A stretch of 64,000 nt of DNA from the human T2T-CHM13v2.0 reference genome, Homo sapiens, in assembly GCF_009914755.1 (NCBI RefSeq), contig NC_060946.1. One strand, given 5' to 3'. Positions 19,446 through 32,029 of the stretch are shown here, piece by piece (the stretch's first letter is position 1; each line of letters opens with the position of its first letter). The notes under the pieces were generated by a model, which saw only the letters and a list, made by a program, of their open reading frames with translations, did no database searches and had not been told where the DNA came from. The translations under genes were made by a program, and so were the position numbers.

Positions 19446-20784
19446 ACAATGAGAAAACATGGATACAGGAAAGGGAACATCACACACCGGGGATTGTTGT
19501 GGGGTGGGGAGAGGGGCTAGGGATAGCATTAGGAGATATACCTAATGTTAAATGACGAGTTAATGGGTGCAGCACACCAACATGGCACATGTATACATAT
19601 GTAGCAAACCTGCGCTTTGTGCACATGTACCCTAAAACTTAAAGTATAATAAAAGAAAAATTAACAGGAGCCTTTTATACAGATAAATGTGATTTACATC
19701 ATGATCAGCACTAAAGAGCATCACAGATTTAAACCATATTTACACAGTTAAAACAATGTAACCAAATATGCAATATATTATGTAACATTGTACAAGATCC
19801 TTTCGAACATGCAAACTGACCTTTAAAACAATTTTGCATAAAATAACATTTTTAGGTAAGAGAAAAGACAGACATGTGGTTAGGGCAAAATATTTCTGTT
19901 CAAATTACAAAATCCTGAATGACAAATCACAGGATAGAAAAAAATTATATTGTACCTCGAATTTGAAGTCTTCAAATTTATTTAGATATATATATCTATG
20001 TGTATTAATAGAGACATATTAGTTTAGAACAGTTATATTTTGAAGATGTCATTCTTTAAAAAATTATTAATATCTACAGGATTGCTGCAGATATTTTAAT
20101 TTTAAACAAGTATTTTTCACTAATGTGACCAGTATTTATGTCCTATTTTATTAAACAGATATTTCAAGATTCTTTTTATTTTTAAAAATTAAGTATCACA
20201 AATGTTTCTGAAGTACTACCTTAAAAAAAATAACCCTTTCCTGGCCTTTCATATAGTTGAACATTTTCATAATGACTAAAAAGGTAAAAATAAATTAACA
20301 ACCATAATTAAATTAGAATTCTACTTTTTAAATCAGATGAAATACTGTATAAAATGTCCAGAAAATCTAGTGTTAATGAGGCTGTGCATCCTGGACATTT
20401 GATGTCTCATCTGTGGGAATGTGAACTAACCCAACCATTGTGAATAACTATTGGCTCTGTGTGTTAACAGTCTAGAGTCCTGAAACAAGGATCTTAATTC
20501 TAAAATAAAATCCTATTCTAAGAATATACCAAGGGTTGATAATGAAGGAAGTTTCAAAGTTATAGAGAAGAACCTTCATCCTAGCATTATATATGTAATC
20601 ATCCATATAAACCAGATAGTGTTGAATGAAACTGCAGAAAAACAAAGAGCCTACAGAATATGTTTCTCTTTGTGTACAACTGTAAATGTACACATCTATC
20701 CATGTAAAATTTTACATCTCAGGAGGATAAGTACTGACATGCTAACATGCTATAAGATAAGAAATTTTACTTTTCTACAATTTC

Positions 20785-20902
20785 ATACACACACACACAC
20801 ACTCCCTCACACACACATACACACACACTGAGGATATATACACACACAAATATATATATAAACATACATATTTATATAGATACACACACACATACATATA
20901 CA
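20785..20902. repeat. Compound (CA)n/(TA)n microsatellite
   Basis: Direct reading. Confidence 0.9.
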
Positions 20903-21244
20903 CAGATGGTCAACACCTTATAATGGTTCAATTTATTTTGTTTTACTTTATGATGAAGCAAAAGTGATAGCTTTGAATACAATATAACTATTCTGTTTTT
21001 CACTTTCAGTACAATATTCAACAAATTACATAAAATATCCAATACTTTATTACAAAGTGGGTTTTGTATTCAGTGATTTTGCCCAATTGTCAGCTGATAT
21101 AAGTATTCTGAGCACATTAAAGGTATGCCAGGCTAAGCTGTGATGTTCAGTAAGTTAGGTATTAAATACATTTTTACTGACTGTATTTTCAATTTATGAT
21201 CAGCTTATCAAGACTTAACCCCATTGTACATTGAAAAGCATTTG
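20903..21244 (-). mobile_element. MER47A-like TcMar-Tigger MITE
   Basis: Degenerate terminal inverted repeats CAGATGGT.../...AGCATTTG followed by TA. Internal TTTTGCCCAA..GT..GCT.AT.TAAGT.TTCTGAGCAC. Confidence 0.75.
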
Positions 21245-21348
21245 TATTGCATTAAGCATGTTATATAATATTTTTAATTGAAATTACTGGCAACTTTTGA
21301 AAAACTTAAATGAAATAATGTGCTTTGCTATTGGTTAAAATGTTTTTG

Positions 21349-21713
<365 letters not shown>

Positions 21714-22204
21714 TCAACTAATTGTAGAAAAAATCACGGGGCAACTTTGACCAAATCGCACAACAAATAGATGGTATCAATGGTTACTTAATTCAACATG
21801 ATCCACTTCTTTGTGATTCTCTTATCTTTCTACGTATGTTTTCAAGATGGCTATGGCATTCCCAGCCTTACAACTTCATGTGAAAAAATCCAATGGCAGG
21901 AAAGAATAAGCGATGGCATTTTGGAACTTTAAGGAAAAACTTTAAAGATTGGAAAACAGGGATTCCATATGTCCAGTAACATGGGATAGCCGCTCCTTAT
22001 CAAGGATTGCTGTATGTCCTGAATGACTTTCTAACGTAATGAAGGTGAATAATCTGCTTTGTTTAATTATACAAACCCAAATGTAACTGCCTAAGTGCCA
22101 AGTACTTTTGCACGGTTTTAATATGCCATGAACTTTGCAGGAATGAAACTACTATGTATATGAGAAATGATGGTAGATTTTTTCGTTTAGATACTCATTT
22201 CAGA

Positions 22205-22630
22205 GTCTCAATAGGAAAAAGAGAACACACTCAAACTAAGATAATTTAACATGGGTTTATTTCCAAAGAGACTACTTATGAAAATATCAGGGGAGAAGGG
22301 TGAAGGAATCACAGAAATCACACCCCACAATAACTCTGGGTTAGTAGCAGCAGGCAGAGTTCTGGGGAGTAAACTGCCCTGATCACACAAGGAAATACTA
22401 ATTTTCTTATGAAAAAGATTGGTCAAGGAGACCTAGCAAAGAGGGAGTTTAGGCAATAACCCCCAATCCCATTTCCTCCTTCCCTTTAATCTCATGAACA
22501 TGCATAGAAGGCAATGAGCAAGGGAACCGATTGAGATATTCAATATGGACCATTCCACTTGGACAAAAGCCAGTAAATTGGGGGGTATAACAGGGGACAA
22601 GGGGCAAACAGAAAGTATCTATTACATTTA
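22205..22630. mobile_element. Possible ancient ERVL/MaLR-type LTR relic
   Basis: Composition and motif resemblance only; family not resolved. Confidence 0.3.
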
Positions 22631-23589
22631 CCAATGCAGATTAATCATGTCAAAAATAGAAATGGCAGTTTTGGCATTTGGTTATTCAATGAAATTATAT
22701 TTGTAGCTTTTTATTTAAAATGTTTCAAGGTATGGGTGAGGATATGAAAATTTCATTATGTTCTATTGTATTTGATATGTAAATGTTCTGGCACAATTAT
22801 ATACATTTTGGATTATATATTGACAGTGAATTATTTCTCCTTTGTTAGCTTCAGCATAACATTAATATTTTCAACAACTTGAATGCATACATTGTGTTCT
22901 CACTAATAGTTTAGAATAGTGAAGGGGTCTTTGAAGAATTTCTTATGAAGTAGAGGCATTGGGTCAGACAGAGCCAAATACCATTGGCTTAGATTAATCA
23001 CTATTTATCCTAGGGCTGAAGAGGGCCAACTGAAGACACAAATGTTCAATCCCTCTATGACCTGGAAGTTCTATGAACCAGAGAAATAGAGACTCGTTCT
23101 TAAGGAGGTAATAAGTGTGCCTTCTATGGTTTATAATAATATACATTGTCTTAACAATCGAATACTTAAAAGTTAATGCCCTCATAATATGCAAAATTTT
23201 TAATAAGCATGTTGGTCCCTGTGTTCAAGTAGTTGGTAATCAAATTAATGAAGTATGGTAAGTCTTTTGAAGAGCATTAAACAGCAGAGAATGTAAGAAA
23301 TTTGTCTCTATAATAGTGTGGGCCTTCTGTGTTTCCTAAGGGCACATTCATATGATCAAATAACTGAGCAGAGAGAAGCCTAAAGGATAGTTTATGGTTT
23401 CATTTGTTTGTTTTTGCCAATTAACATACATTTCTAGATTAAAAGTCAACTATCTTTTCCTCGGGAGTCAACTATAGGAGAAGATAGTGAAGAGGCAAGG
23501 AAAACTACAGCAGCTCAACAGCTTTACCCTGGAAATATCTGTATTGTGTACCGCTATAGCCTACCTTTATCAGTCAGATAACAATGTCA

Positions 23590-23950
23590 AAGAGGCAAGC
23601 TTGGCACCATTGCTCTTAGTGAATCCCTGCTGCCAGCCTTTTATCCTAAGTGCTCTCAAAACACCCATTTAATGGACCTTCCTGAAATTGTGCTCAGGAT
23701 CAATATGAGGCTCATTGATACAGCATTTTTGGAACTCACCATTTGCTTATTTCTTAAACCTGGGATAGTTGCCCAACTTCTATCATCTGAAATCCTCTCC
23801 ATGACTTTCAAAATTACCAACATTGGTTCCAACATCATTCCTAGAAAATATTTCAATGCAGTATATTTATCTGACATTTGACTGTATTTATAGCAGTAAG
23901 AATCTATGATGATTCCTCCCAAAATAATCCCACAATTACCCATTTTGGGT
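23590..23950 (-). mobile_element. CR1/L3 LINE RT-region relic
   Basis: Reverse strand reads ...ATTAAATGGGTGTTTTGAGAGCACTTAG...GCAGGGATTCACTAAGAGCAATGGTGCCAA, resembling the CR1 'QHGF.K.KSC' region. Confidence 0.6.
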
Positions 23951-25474
23951 CACCTTTGAGGGTCTTATCCTTAATATCAGAGATCTGTTCTATACATTGG
24001 AGTCTTAGAAATAATTACTAGCTTCTCTCTGAATTTAACTGAAGTTCCTTACTTTTATTCAGCCTGTTACCCAAATTGCATAATGTATTGAAGGCTAAAA
24101 ACCTTCCAAATTTCTGATTACATTTAGTTAAAAATGGGAATATGACTTTTTCTTTTTCTAACTTGGCAAAGATTATGTTTTTTTCATGAAGAAATGTAGA
24201 CATATTTGAACACTCAGGTTCTGAGAATTTGAAATACATGAAACTTAGCAAGTGGTCTTTAAATAGTTTTCATTTCTAAATTATAGTACATACCATTGAA
24301 TGCTACAGAAGAAAAGACAATGAGGGATTTCTCATAAACATTGCCTTTATGATATCCTTCCAAAGAAAACTAAGTGTCCCTGTGCTTGGACTCATAAAGC
24401 AGAAATGCTTACCTTGCTTTTCTGTCACTAACAAACAATTATGCCTAGTCATTGAATTCTAACGCATTTAAGCCATCTTGAGAGTAGAGCCCCTAGGGAA
24501 AACTACAAATGGAAAATTCATTGATTTTTGATTTTGCTTTCCTATGGATTAAATTTAATGATTTCTTGTAAATCTCTCCCTTTGTTGATCATACGTGATA
24601 AATAGTTATCCAACTTTCTACATGTCCACCCAGAGCTGCTTCCATATGAAGAGGTGGAAATGGATTCTGTGCATGATACTGGTTAGGATTGGGAACTGTT
24701 TTTTTTTTTAAAGGAGATTTTTAAAATTTGTTTTCCTTGTACACATAGCCATAATATTGTGTTGCTAACTGCCCTCTGGGAACAAAGTCATACCAATCAC
24801 AAGTATATTGCCTAAAGCGGGAGACTTATTACTCTGCTGTGAATTCCATCTCCTATTATGTTTTAAAGATGCTACAAACTTGAGACTTTACTATGTAGAT
24901 GACATTCCCAGCAAATCCCTAAACAACACTTAATGAGATTTCAAATACCAGGATCATGCAACAGTAAAAGATATAAGGAAATAAAGAAAAGCACAGTATA
25001 TGTGTAGAAGGCATTAAAACACAAATTTTATAATTATGAATGCATATAATAAGGAACAAGTTTTATTCTAAATAGCAATTAAATCAGAACTACTATACAG
25101 GGAATAAAAGTGAATATTAAACCATTGTACCGACAATAACAGAGCCCTTTTTCTGCTGCATGATGGAATTTAGTGTTTACTAAGGAAGAAAAAAATGCAA
25201 GATATCTTAAATTTGGTACTTTCCAACAAATTTAAGAAATGTGTACACACTTGAGGAGACTTAAGAAGTCTCTGACTAAAACACTAGAAAAGAAAAGCAG
25301 TGAAAAGCCAAATAAATATTACTCAACAATAACAACATTGGTTACTATTATATTAATATTAAACACACTATTAAGCAACAACATTTCAGTTACTCACTGA
25401 GTCCAAAGTCATTTTTCATGAACAATTCACAACACTGATAACCTATTGAAAAATGATTGAAAACAAAAAATTTA

Positions 25475-25645
25475 TTGCTTTCCAAGTCCTTTTAAAGCCT
25501 TCTCATGTGTCATTTCATATAATCCTTATAATGAATCTATGGAGTATATACTGACTTTATCTCTGTACAGAAAAGAAAACTGAGTCATATTCAGAATAAG
25601 TTGCAAAGTTCCCCAGATAATCAGTGTCATAAGTGAAATTTGTTG
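25475..25645 (-). mobile_element. MIR
   Basis: CATTTCATATAATCCTTAT...TACAGAAAAGAAAACTGAG MIR core. Confidence 0.6.
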
Positions 25646-25671
25646 TCACAGTGTACTCAAGTGTAATTTAG

Positions 25672-25905
25672 GGAAGCAGTACAAATGATGGTTGAAAGCA
25701 CAGGTTCTTGGGTAAATAGCCTGAAGTCAAAATCTAGTTCATATCCTCAGTGGCTGTGTGATCTTGGGAAATTTCCCTTAACTCTCTGCTTCTTGGTTTT
25801 ATAGTTTCATCCATTTTTGCCTCTTATATGAGGTGGTGAGCATTACACTAGTTTATGCCTCTAGGACACTGAAAACAGTACCTGGCTCTTGATAAATATT
25901 ACCAA
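25672..25905 (+). mobile_element. MIR
   Basis: GGCTGTGTGATCTTGGGAAATTTCCCTTAACTCTCTG core. Confidence 0.75.
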
Positions 25906-26519
25906 TTTTGTTTCATTTTCTTCACCTTGAGTATTTCATGGCCAGATGGAAATCAATGTCAATATGAAAAAATGTTCATAATTCAACAGGAAGAAATAAA
26001 AAACCATATAAACAACTTTGTTTTACTGGCAAGTGTATTTGGAAGCTATGTCAAATTGAGAAGGGGAAGGGAAAGCCTCTAAGGGCATTGATTAATCAAT
26101 GACTAAAAGCTGATGAGATTTGTCTGGAATTTTTTTTGGAGACTCTGAGACTTAAAATTTTGACAAAATAAGGAGATGAATTGAGTAGTGTAGAAGAGAC
26201 ATTTTCTGAAGTCAGCAGAGAAAGGAGAGACAAATATGGTAAGGGGAAAATGGTATGAAGTAATAATATCTATGAAGTGCTTTCTAAAGTATAACACATG
26301 TAAATTGTGTTAAATGTAAACTATCATGATTATATCATTACTGTCTGATTGATACAACTATATCCACCTCAGTTAGCCACATAAGATCAATTTTCCTATA
26401 CCTTAGAGAATACCAGTAACCTCCAGTTCAGAAACAGCATAAATATCTATCCACAGCTGAGCAGACACATACAGCTAGTTACCAGATGAAATGGGCTATG
26501 TCTTCAAATATTATTGTTT

Positions 26520-26748
26520 TCTATTTTTCAATTGTGGCAAAACACACTCAACAATTTGCATCTTAACCACTGTTAAGTATACAATTCAGTGTTATTAAAT
26601 GTATTCACAATGTTGTGCAAGCATCACCACCACCCATATCCATAATTCTTTTTGTCTTGAAAATTGAAATCCTGTACCCATTAAAAAGTGACTCCCCATT
26701 CCCCACCCTCCCAGGGCAACTACAGCTTTACTTTCTGTCTTGATGAAT
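26520..26748 (-). mobile_element. L1MB-type 3' end
   Basis: TACAATTCAGTG..ATTAA...ATTCACAATGTTGTGCAA.CATCACCAC motif. Confidence 0.75.
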
Positions 26749-27304
26749 CATACAATATCAAATGCAATTTTTAAAATATTTAAAATCTTTTGTCTGGAAG
26801 CAAAGTGGAAGTTAATATCAATGGCTATGCCTTCAGTGAGTTCTGAGACCACATTACAATGTAGTTAACCATTTATCTTTTATTATGTTCTAGACCTATT
26901 ATTTCTTCCTGGCACAAAAATATCTTCTTTGTAGATTATGGCATTTACCTCTATCTCCACACCATTTTGGTCTCTCATCCACAGATCATCAGCCTCTTGC
27001 TTAGTGTTCCATTTAATGACAATTTCTATTTAGTATACAACAGTCCTTCCCCCTGCAATGCAATTTCTTCACTCTTTAAAGTTCTGAGTCTCGCTACTGT
27101 TCTCTGTTTTGTACTCATCCCTAGAGCCATGTCTTCAAATATTTCTCAGAACTTCTTCACATCTAAAAATCTAGGATTAATTTATTGCTCTCTGATTATA
27201 TTCTTCTGGTATTTCAAGTATCCTGTATAACTTCTTCATCTGCCCTTGCTTTTCTTCTACATCAACATGTCAAGTTCATGGACTTCCCAATTAATCATTT
27301 TAAA

Positions 27305-27800
27305 AATTTATTTCAAGCCTTTATGAGTCACTACAATGTACATATGTTCTCAGGAATTATGGCCCTACAATTTGTATGTGAGAATAGTTCCTGTGTCAGG
27401 CATTATGGACATAAGAATAAATAAATTCTAGCCCCTGCCTACAAGGAGCTAATTCCCAGCCTAAGACAGATTGCATGCCAATAATATGCAGAGTTGTAAG
27501 TCTAAGGAAACTGATTGGGATGTACCTAATTCGAGCTGGGAATATCAGAAGAAAAACTTTTTGAAAGTCATGAGACATGAGCTGTGCCTAAAAGAATAAA
27601 AAAATAGAGAAATAAGAAGAAATAAATTAGGGAATGAGATGGGTATAATAGTAGAAAAAGGAAATCTCCTTAGATAAAACAGGGTATGAGAGTATATAGG
27701 AGGCTTATTAACTCAGTGTGGTTGGAGAAAACAGGTTGAAAGGAGAAATAGCGGAGAAAGTTACAAAGGGAATCAAAAGTGTTAGTAGTTGAGGGAAAAG
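27305..27800 (-). mobile_element. L2 3' fragment
   Basis: GTGTCAGGCATT...CCCTGCCTACAAGGAGCT...ATGAGCTGTGCCT motifs. Confidence 0.55.
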
Positions 27801-28378
27801 CAAATATTGAATACGACCCATAGATCTTGGATAGCCCAGTGTTTGGTAGTAGCTTACATAAAAAGTTGTGACAAAATAACCAGAGATAAGTGGAGAAAAT
27901 AATAACTGAGTGTTATATTTCCTCTCAGTAGAAACCTAAAAAAAATTGTAATCACACACTGATCTTTTAACTGACCTCCACTTATCTTGCTGCCTGGATT
28001 GGCATACATATTCCTCTGCCTGAAAAATTGCTCAATACTTTTGAAAGGTTGTTTCTCACTGTTACACCCAGGCATTTCTGCAAACACCAGCTGAGTTGTA
28101 AGGGGCCCTCCAGGAGACCTAGGTTGTTCTCCTTATCACATACATTATTTTCATTTATCAATTTACCCAGAACATCTAATGAAATATTATGGACACCAAT
28201 AACGTGAATACAAATATAGCTATAGACCCTAAAAAGTAAATTGATGTCTCTTGAAAGGCTGTCATGTCTTAGATGCTAAATTTGGAGTATGTGTTTCTAA
28301 TAAATAAATAGCTTGCTTTAATCGTTCTGATTTATGAATGTAATATAGGGGAGCAGCTTTGATTTCGCCCTTAATCTT

Positions 28379-28551
28379 AAAAAAAATTAGCTGGGTGTGG
28401 TGGTGGGCACCTGTAGTCCCAGCTACTCAGGAGGCTGAAGCAGGAAAATGGTGTGCACCTGGGAGGCGGAGCTTGCAGTAAGCCAAAATTGTGCCACTGC
28501 TCTCCAGCCTGAGTGACAGTGCGAGACTCTGTCTCAAAAAAAAAAAAAAAA
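28379..28551 (+). mobile_element. Alu right arm only (AluY-like)
   Basis: Starts at the A-rich linker; GGCGGAGCTTGCAG diagnostic; poly(A) tail. Confidence 0.9.
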
Positions 28552-28959
28552 GATCATAGAAGAAATAAAGGATGATTTAGCATAAAACACAACTTTAGCC
28601 TAAAACACAGTTCATAGGGCTCAAACTTTGTTATTTTATGGGATTATACTAACCAGTTAATATTCAAAATTTACCATTTCAAAAGAAGAAATATTGGTCT
28701 GGGAAAATTGCCTTTGCTTATACAGAAGAATGGAGGAATCTTTTTGAGCACAACAATTCTAATGATCTTCCTCATCACTGGTTCCAAAACCAAGCCCATG
28801 GAAGGCCTACATGGGGATAATGTGGAGAACATGCAAAAGAAATACACATCTCCAGCTCCTCAACTCAGAGCTCCAAGGGAATGACCAAGGAAGCTGTATT
28901 GTCCTAAGAAATTTGAGACTGTTTTGACTTACATTAAATCCTGCTCAATTATATGTATG

Positions 28960-28962
<3 letters not shown>

Positions 28963-29004
<42 letters not shown>
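28963..29004. repeat. (AC)n microsatellite, about 21 units
   Basis: Direct reading. Confidence 0.95.
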
Positions 29005-29008
<4 letters not shown>

Positions 29009-29502
29009 GGTGTTGTCAGTGAAGCCTCTAACAATGCATCTTGACTGGACAGATTTGACAATTAAAATGGCTGGAAGAAAATAGGGCTTCATAAGTGGAA
29101 CTTACTGTTCACATTACACATTAAAAGGACATCTCCTAAATTAAATCTTGTCTATGATAAAAGGCAGAAAATCATGACCCAAGGCTAGTTTATAACTGTA
29201 GAAATGTTCAAGATAGACCAATGTTTGCCATGTTTAGGAAATGACAATAAAGTACAGGTCTTTATAATCTACCATTTTGCCTCATTTGATACCAGGTGAC
29301 CTTCATAATGCAGGCAATAGAGAATTGCAAGATTTGTCAGAGATTTCAGGTCTTTGGAAAGCTATGCTCTTTCACAAGAACAGCCATGGAAACAGGAAGA
29401 AAGTCAATTCCCACTTAAGGTAATCAGAATTTACAAATATTCATTTCTTCATTGAAATCTCAATAGGCACTTCAATATTATCTTTAATTAATTCTTTTGT
29501 TA

Positions 29503-29877
29503 CAATCACGCATCACATAACAACATTTTGGTCAAGGATAGTGCACATGTATGACAGTGGTGCAATAATATCATAACACTGTATTTTTACTGTACCTCTT
29601 GTATCTTTAGACATGTATAGATACATTTACTGTATAGATATAAGTAAGTATAGATATACTTAACTGTTGTGTTACAATTGCCTACAGTATTCAGTACAGT
29701 AACATGCTGCACTTGTTTGTAGCCTAGGAGGAATAGGCTATACCACCTAACCTAGGTATGCAATCAGCTATAGCATCTAGGTTTGTGTAAGTAAACTCTG
29801 TGATGTTCATACAATAATAAAATTGTCCAGCAATGCATTTCTCAGTCACACCCCTGTCATTAAGTGACACATGACTG
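29503..29877 (+). mobile_element. Tigger3a/MER7A MITE
   Basis: TA-CAATCACGCATCACATAAC...TTAAGTGACACATGACTG-TA terminal inverted repeats with TA TSD. Confidence 0.85.
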
Positions 29878-31782
29878 TATTAGTTAACACTATGGGAACT
29901 TCATGGGAAATGGTCACTGCAGCTCCACCATAAATAGAAACTGTTTATGTCAAAAAACACATAAAAGCATAGTTGCAAGATTATAATTCCTTCCAGATAT
30001 TTCATTTAGTATCTCCACAGATCACTCACTGCCTGAATAGCATTCTTGTGTCTCCACTGCCTTACATTTGATTTCAGGTCATTCCATCAATTGTCAAAGA
30101 CGCATCCAACATTAACTTTCCAACTACTGGTTTGGATTGTGTCAACATTGTCATCCTGGGCCACAACAACACAAAAGGCTAACTCAGTGAGGTAACATAG
30201 ACACTGATCAGTGAGATTTTGCTGATGGGTGGTACCATTTTTTTACTAAGATCAAGGGTATTCATACCTTCAGGCATCTAGGTAACATTGAAAAGGGCAG
30301 GTTCATAGATAAAAAGGGAAAGAGGAAGGGTTTATGCAGTATGCATGAGCTACCATGTCTCCTGTTTAACCTGAGTCTGAAGAGATTCAAAGTGCAGGTG
30401 CCATGAATGCCTCTTTAATAGTTCAATGTCGATTTATTTTCTGGGCTACATTTCCCAGCATTCAAATTGCTAAATGCATATAAACTACTACTGAATATTT
30501 ATTACCTGGATTTGTGCTTTTGAGTGACCTTATCTATAGTTATGTGCTTCAGTGATCCAACTTGGGGTGGACTCCAAACTTTGATAAATTAAAGACCCTG
30601 CTTATTCCTTGAGTATTGCTACACTGACAACTGATTTAGTGAATGCCACTGTGAAAATAATAAACCTCTTGGTGAATATATTTAGACATGTCTTGTAACC
30701 TGTACACATCTTAACCAGGGATGTTACTTGGTCTTTCTATGTTCAGGAGTGTGTGGAGATAGAAAAACATACAGGATTGTAATTGTTGCCTGTGAGACTA
30801 ACAGAAAATTCAAGCTAGTGAAGTATGTTTATGCATGGCACACTTCTCACCAGCAATTTTAGGAAGTTCTACCCACAACCCATATGTCTTTTGATATGTG
30901 TGTTACCTTGGAGAGAGAAAAAGAAACTCTGAACACAAGCATTAAATACTTTAGAATTTTATCTAGAGTTGGACTTGTCCGAAAGCTTTTGTATAAACTT
31001 GCTTGATGAGCAACTGTTGTCCACTGGTACCTTCACTGTACGATCCACACACAACCAAACTTCACAACTGGACACCTAAATTTGCACTTTGTTTGGTAAA
31101 GTTGGATGAAAAATGTTGTCTTTTAAGCTTATGTTCTCTTATGAAAGCTGTTATTAGATTAATTTTACTCCAAGATAGTTAGGAAATAACTTCCAATTTA
31201 ATTTCACCAGCTCCCTGTGGGTGGAGTAATTAGTCATACATCACACTTACTCTGGTGGTGAAATGCCTCAAAAGTAGGTCTCCAGAGTGTTGCTCTACCT
31301 AGAAGGACAAGAATGAAGAGACATAAAAATCATTCATTAAGAAGGAAGATTTTCCTTGCCTAGATTTTCACTTGTAGGATCCAATTAATTTTATCACTTA
31401 ATATTTTGTCCTGGTGGGCATTCATTTTACAAATTTGTAAGGTCAGTAGAAATGGAAACTTTTGGAAAACGAACTGTAAATGTTCTGTAGACGTTGACAG
31501 AAATAGCTATTTGGAGCTGTGCTTTTGCCAACTAGACATTCTGAGAAAATCTGTGAGAGGATATTTTCAGGAAGTTATTGAACCCCCTAAAAATCAAGTT
31601 TATTGCTTTTACCATAAATAATTAATTTATTATCAACCACTTTCAATATTCCAATAAGTAACCTTTATTGTTTATTTCATTGACATGATCTACATAGACA
31701 CACAATTTATCTTCTTTTGCAATACATTCAGAAAATTTGCTGCCTGGAAAAGCCATGTTTTAAAATTACCACCTGTTTGATG

Positions 31783-32029
31783 ATTTTTTTTTATACTTTA
31801 AGTTTTAGGGCATATGTGCACAACGCGCAGTTTAGTTACACATGTATACATGTGCCATGTTGGTGTACTGCACCCATTAACTCGTCATTTAGCATTAGGT
31901 ATATGTCCTAATGCTATCCCTCCCCCCTCCCCCACCCCACAACAGGCCCTGGTGTGTGATGTTCCCCTTCCTGTGTCCATGTGTTCTCATTGTTCAATTC
32001 CCACCTATGAGTGAGAACATGCAGTGTTT
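31783..32029 (-). mobile_element. Short L1PA 3' end (about L1PA3/4)
   Basis: L1 3'UTR; no TSD found. Confidence 0.92.

Noticed and set aside
23656-23943. 95-aa ORF suspected to be a pseudogene exon
   Set aside because: The nucleotide motifs fit a CR1/L3 LINE relic better, and no host protein motif was recognised.
25256-25272. GAGACTT-AAG-AAGTCTC hairpin
   Set aside because: A 7-bp stem is expected by chance.
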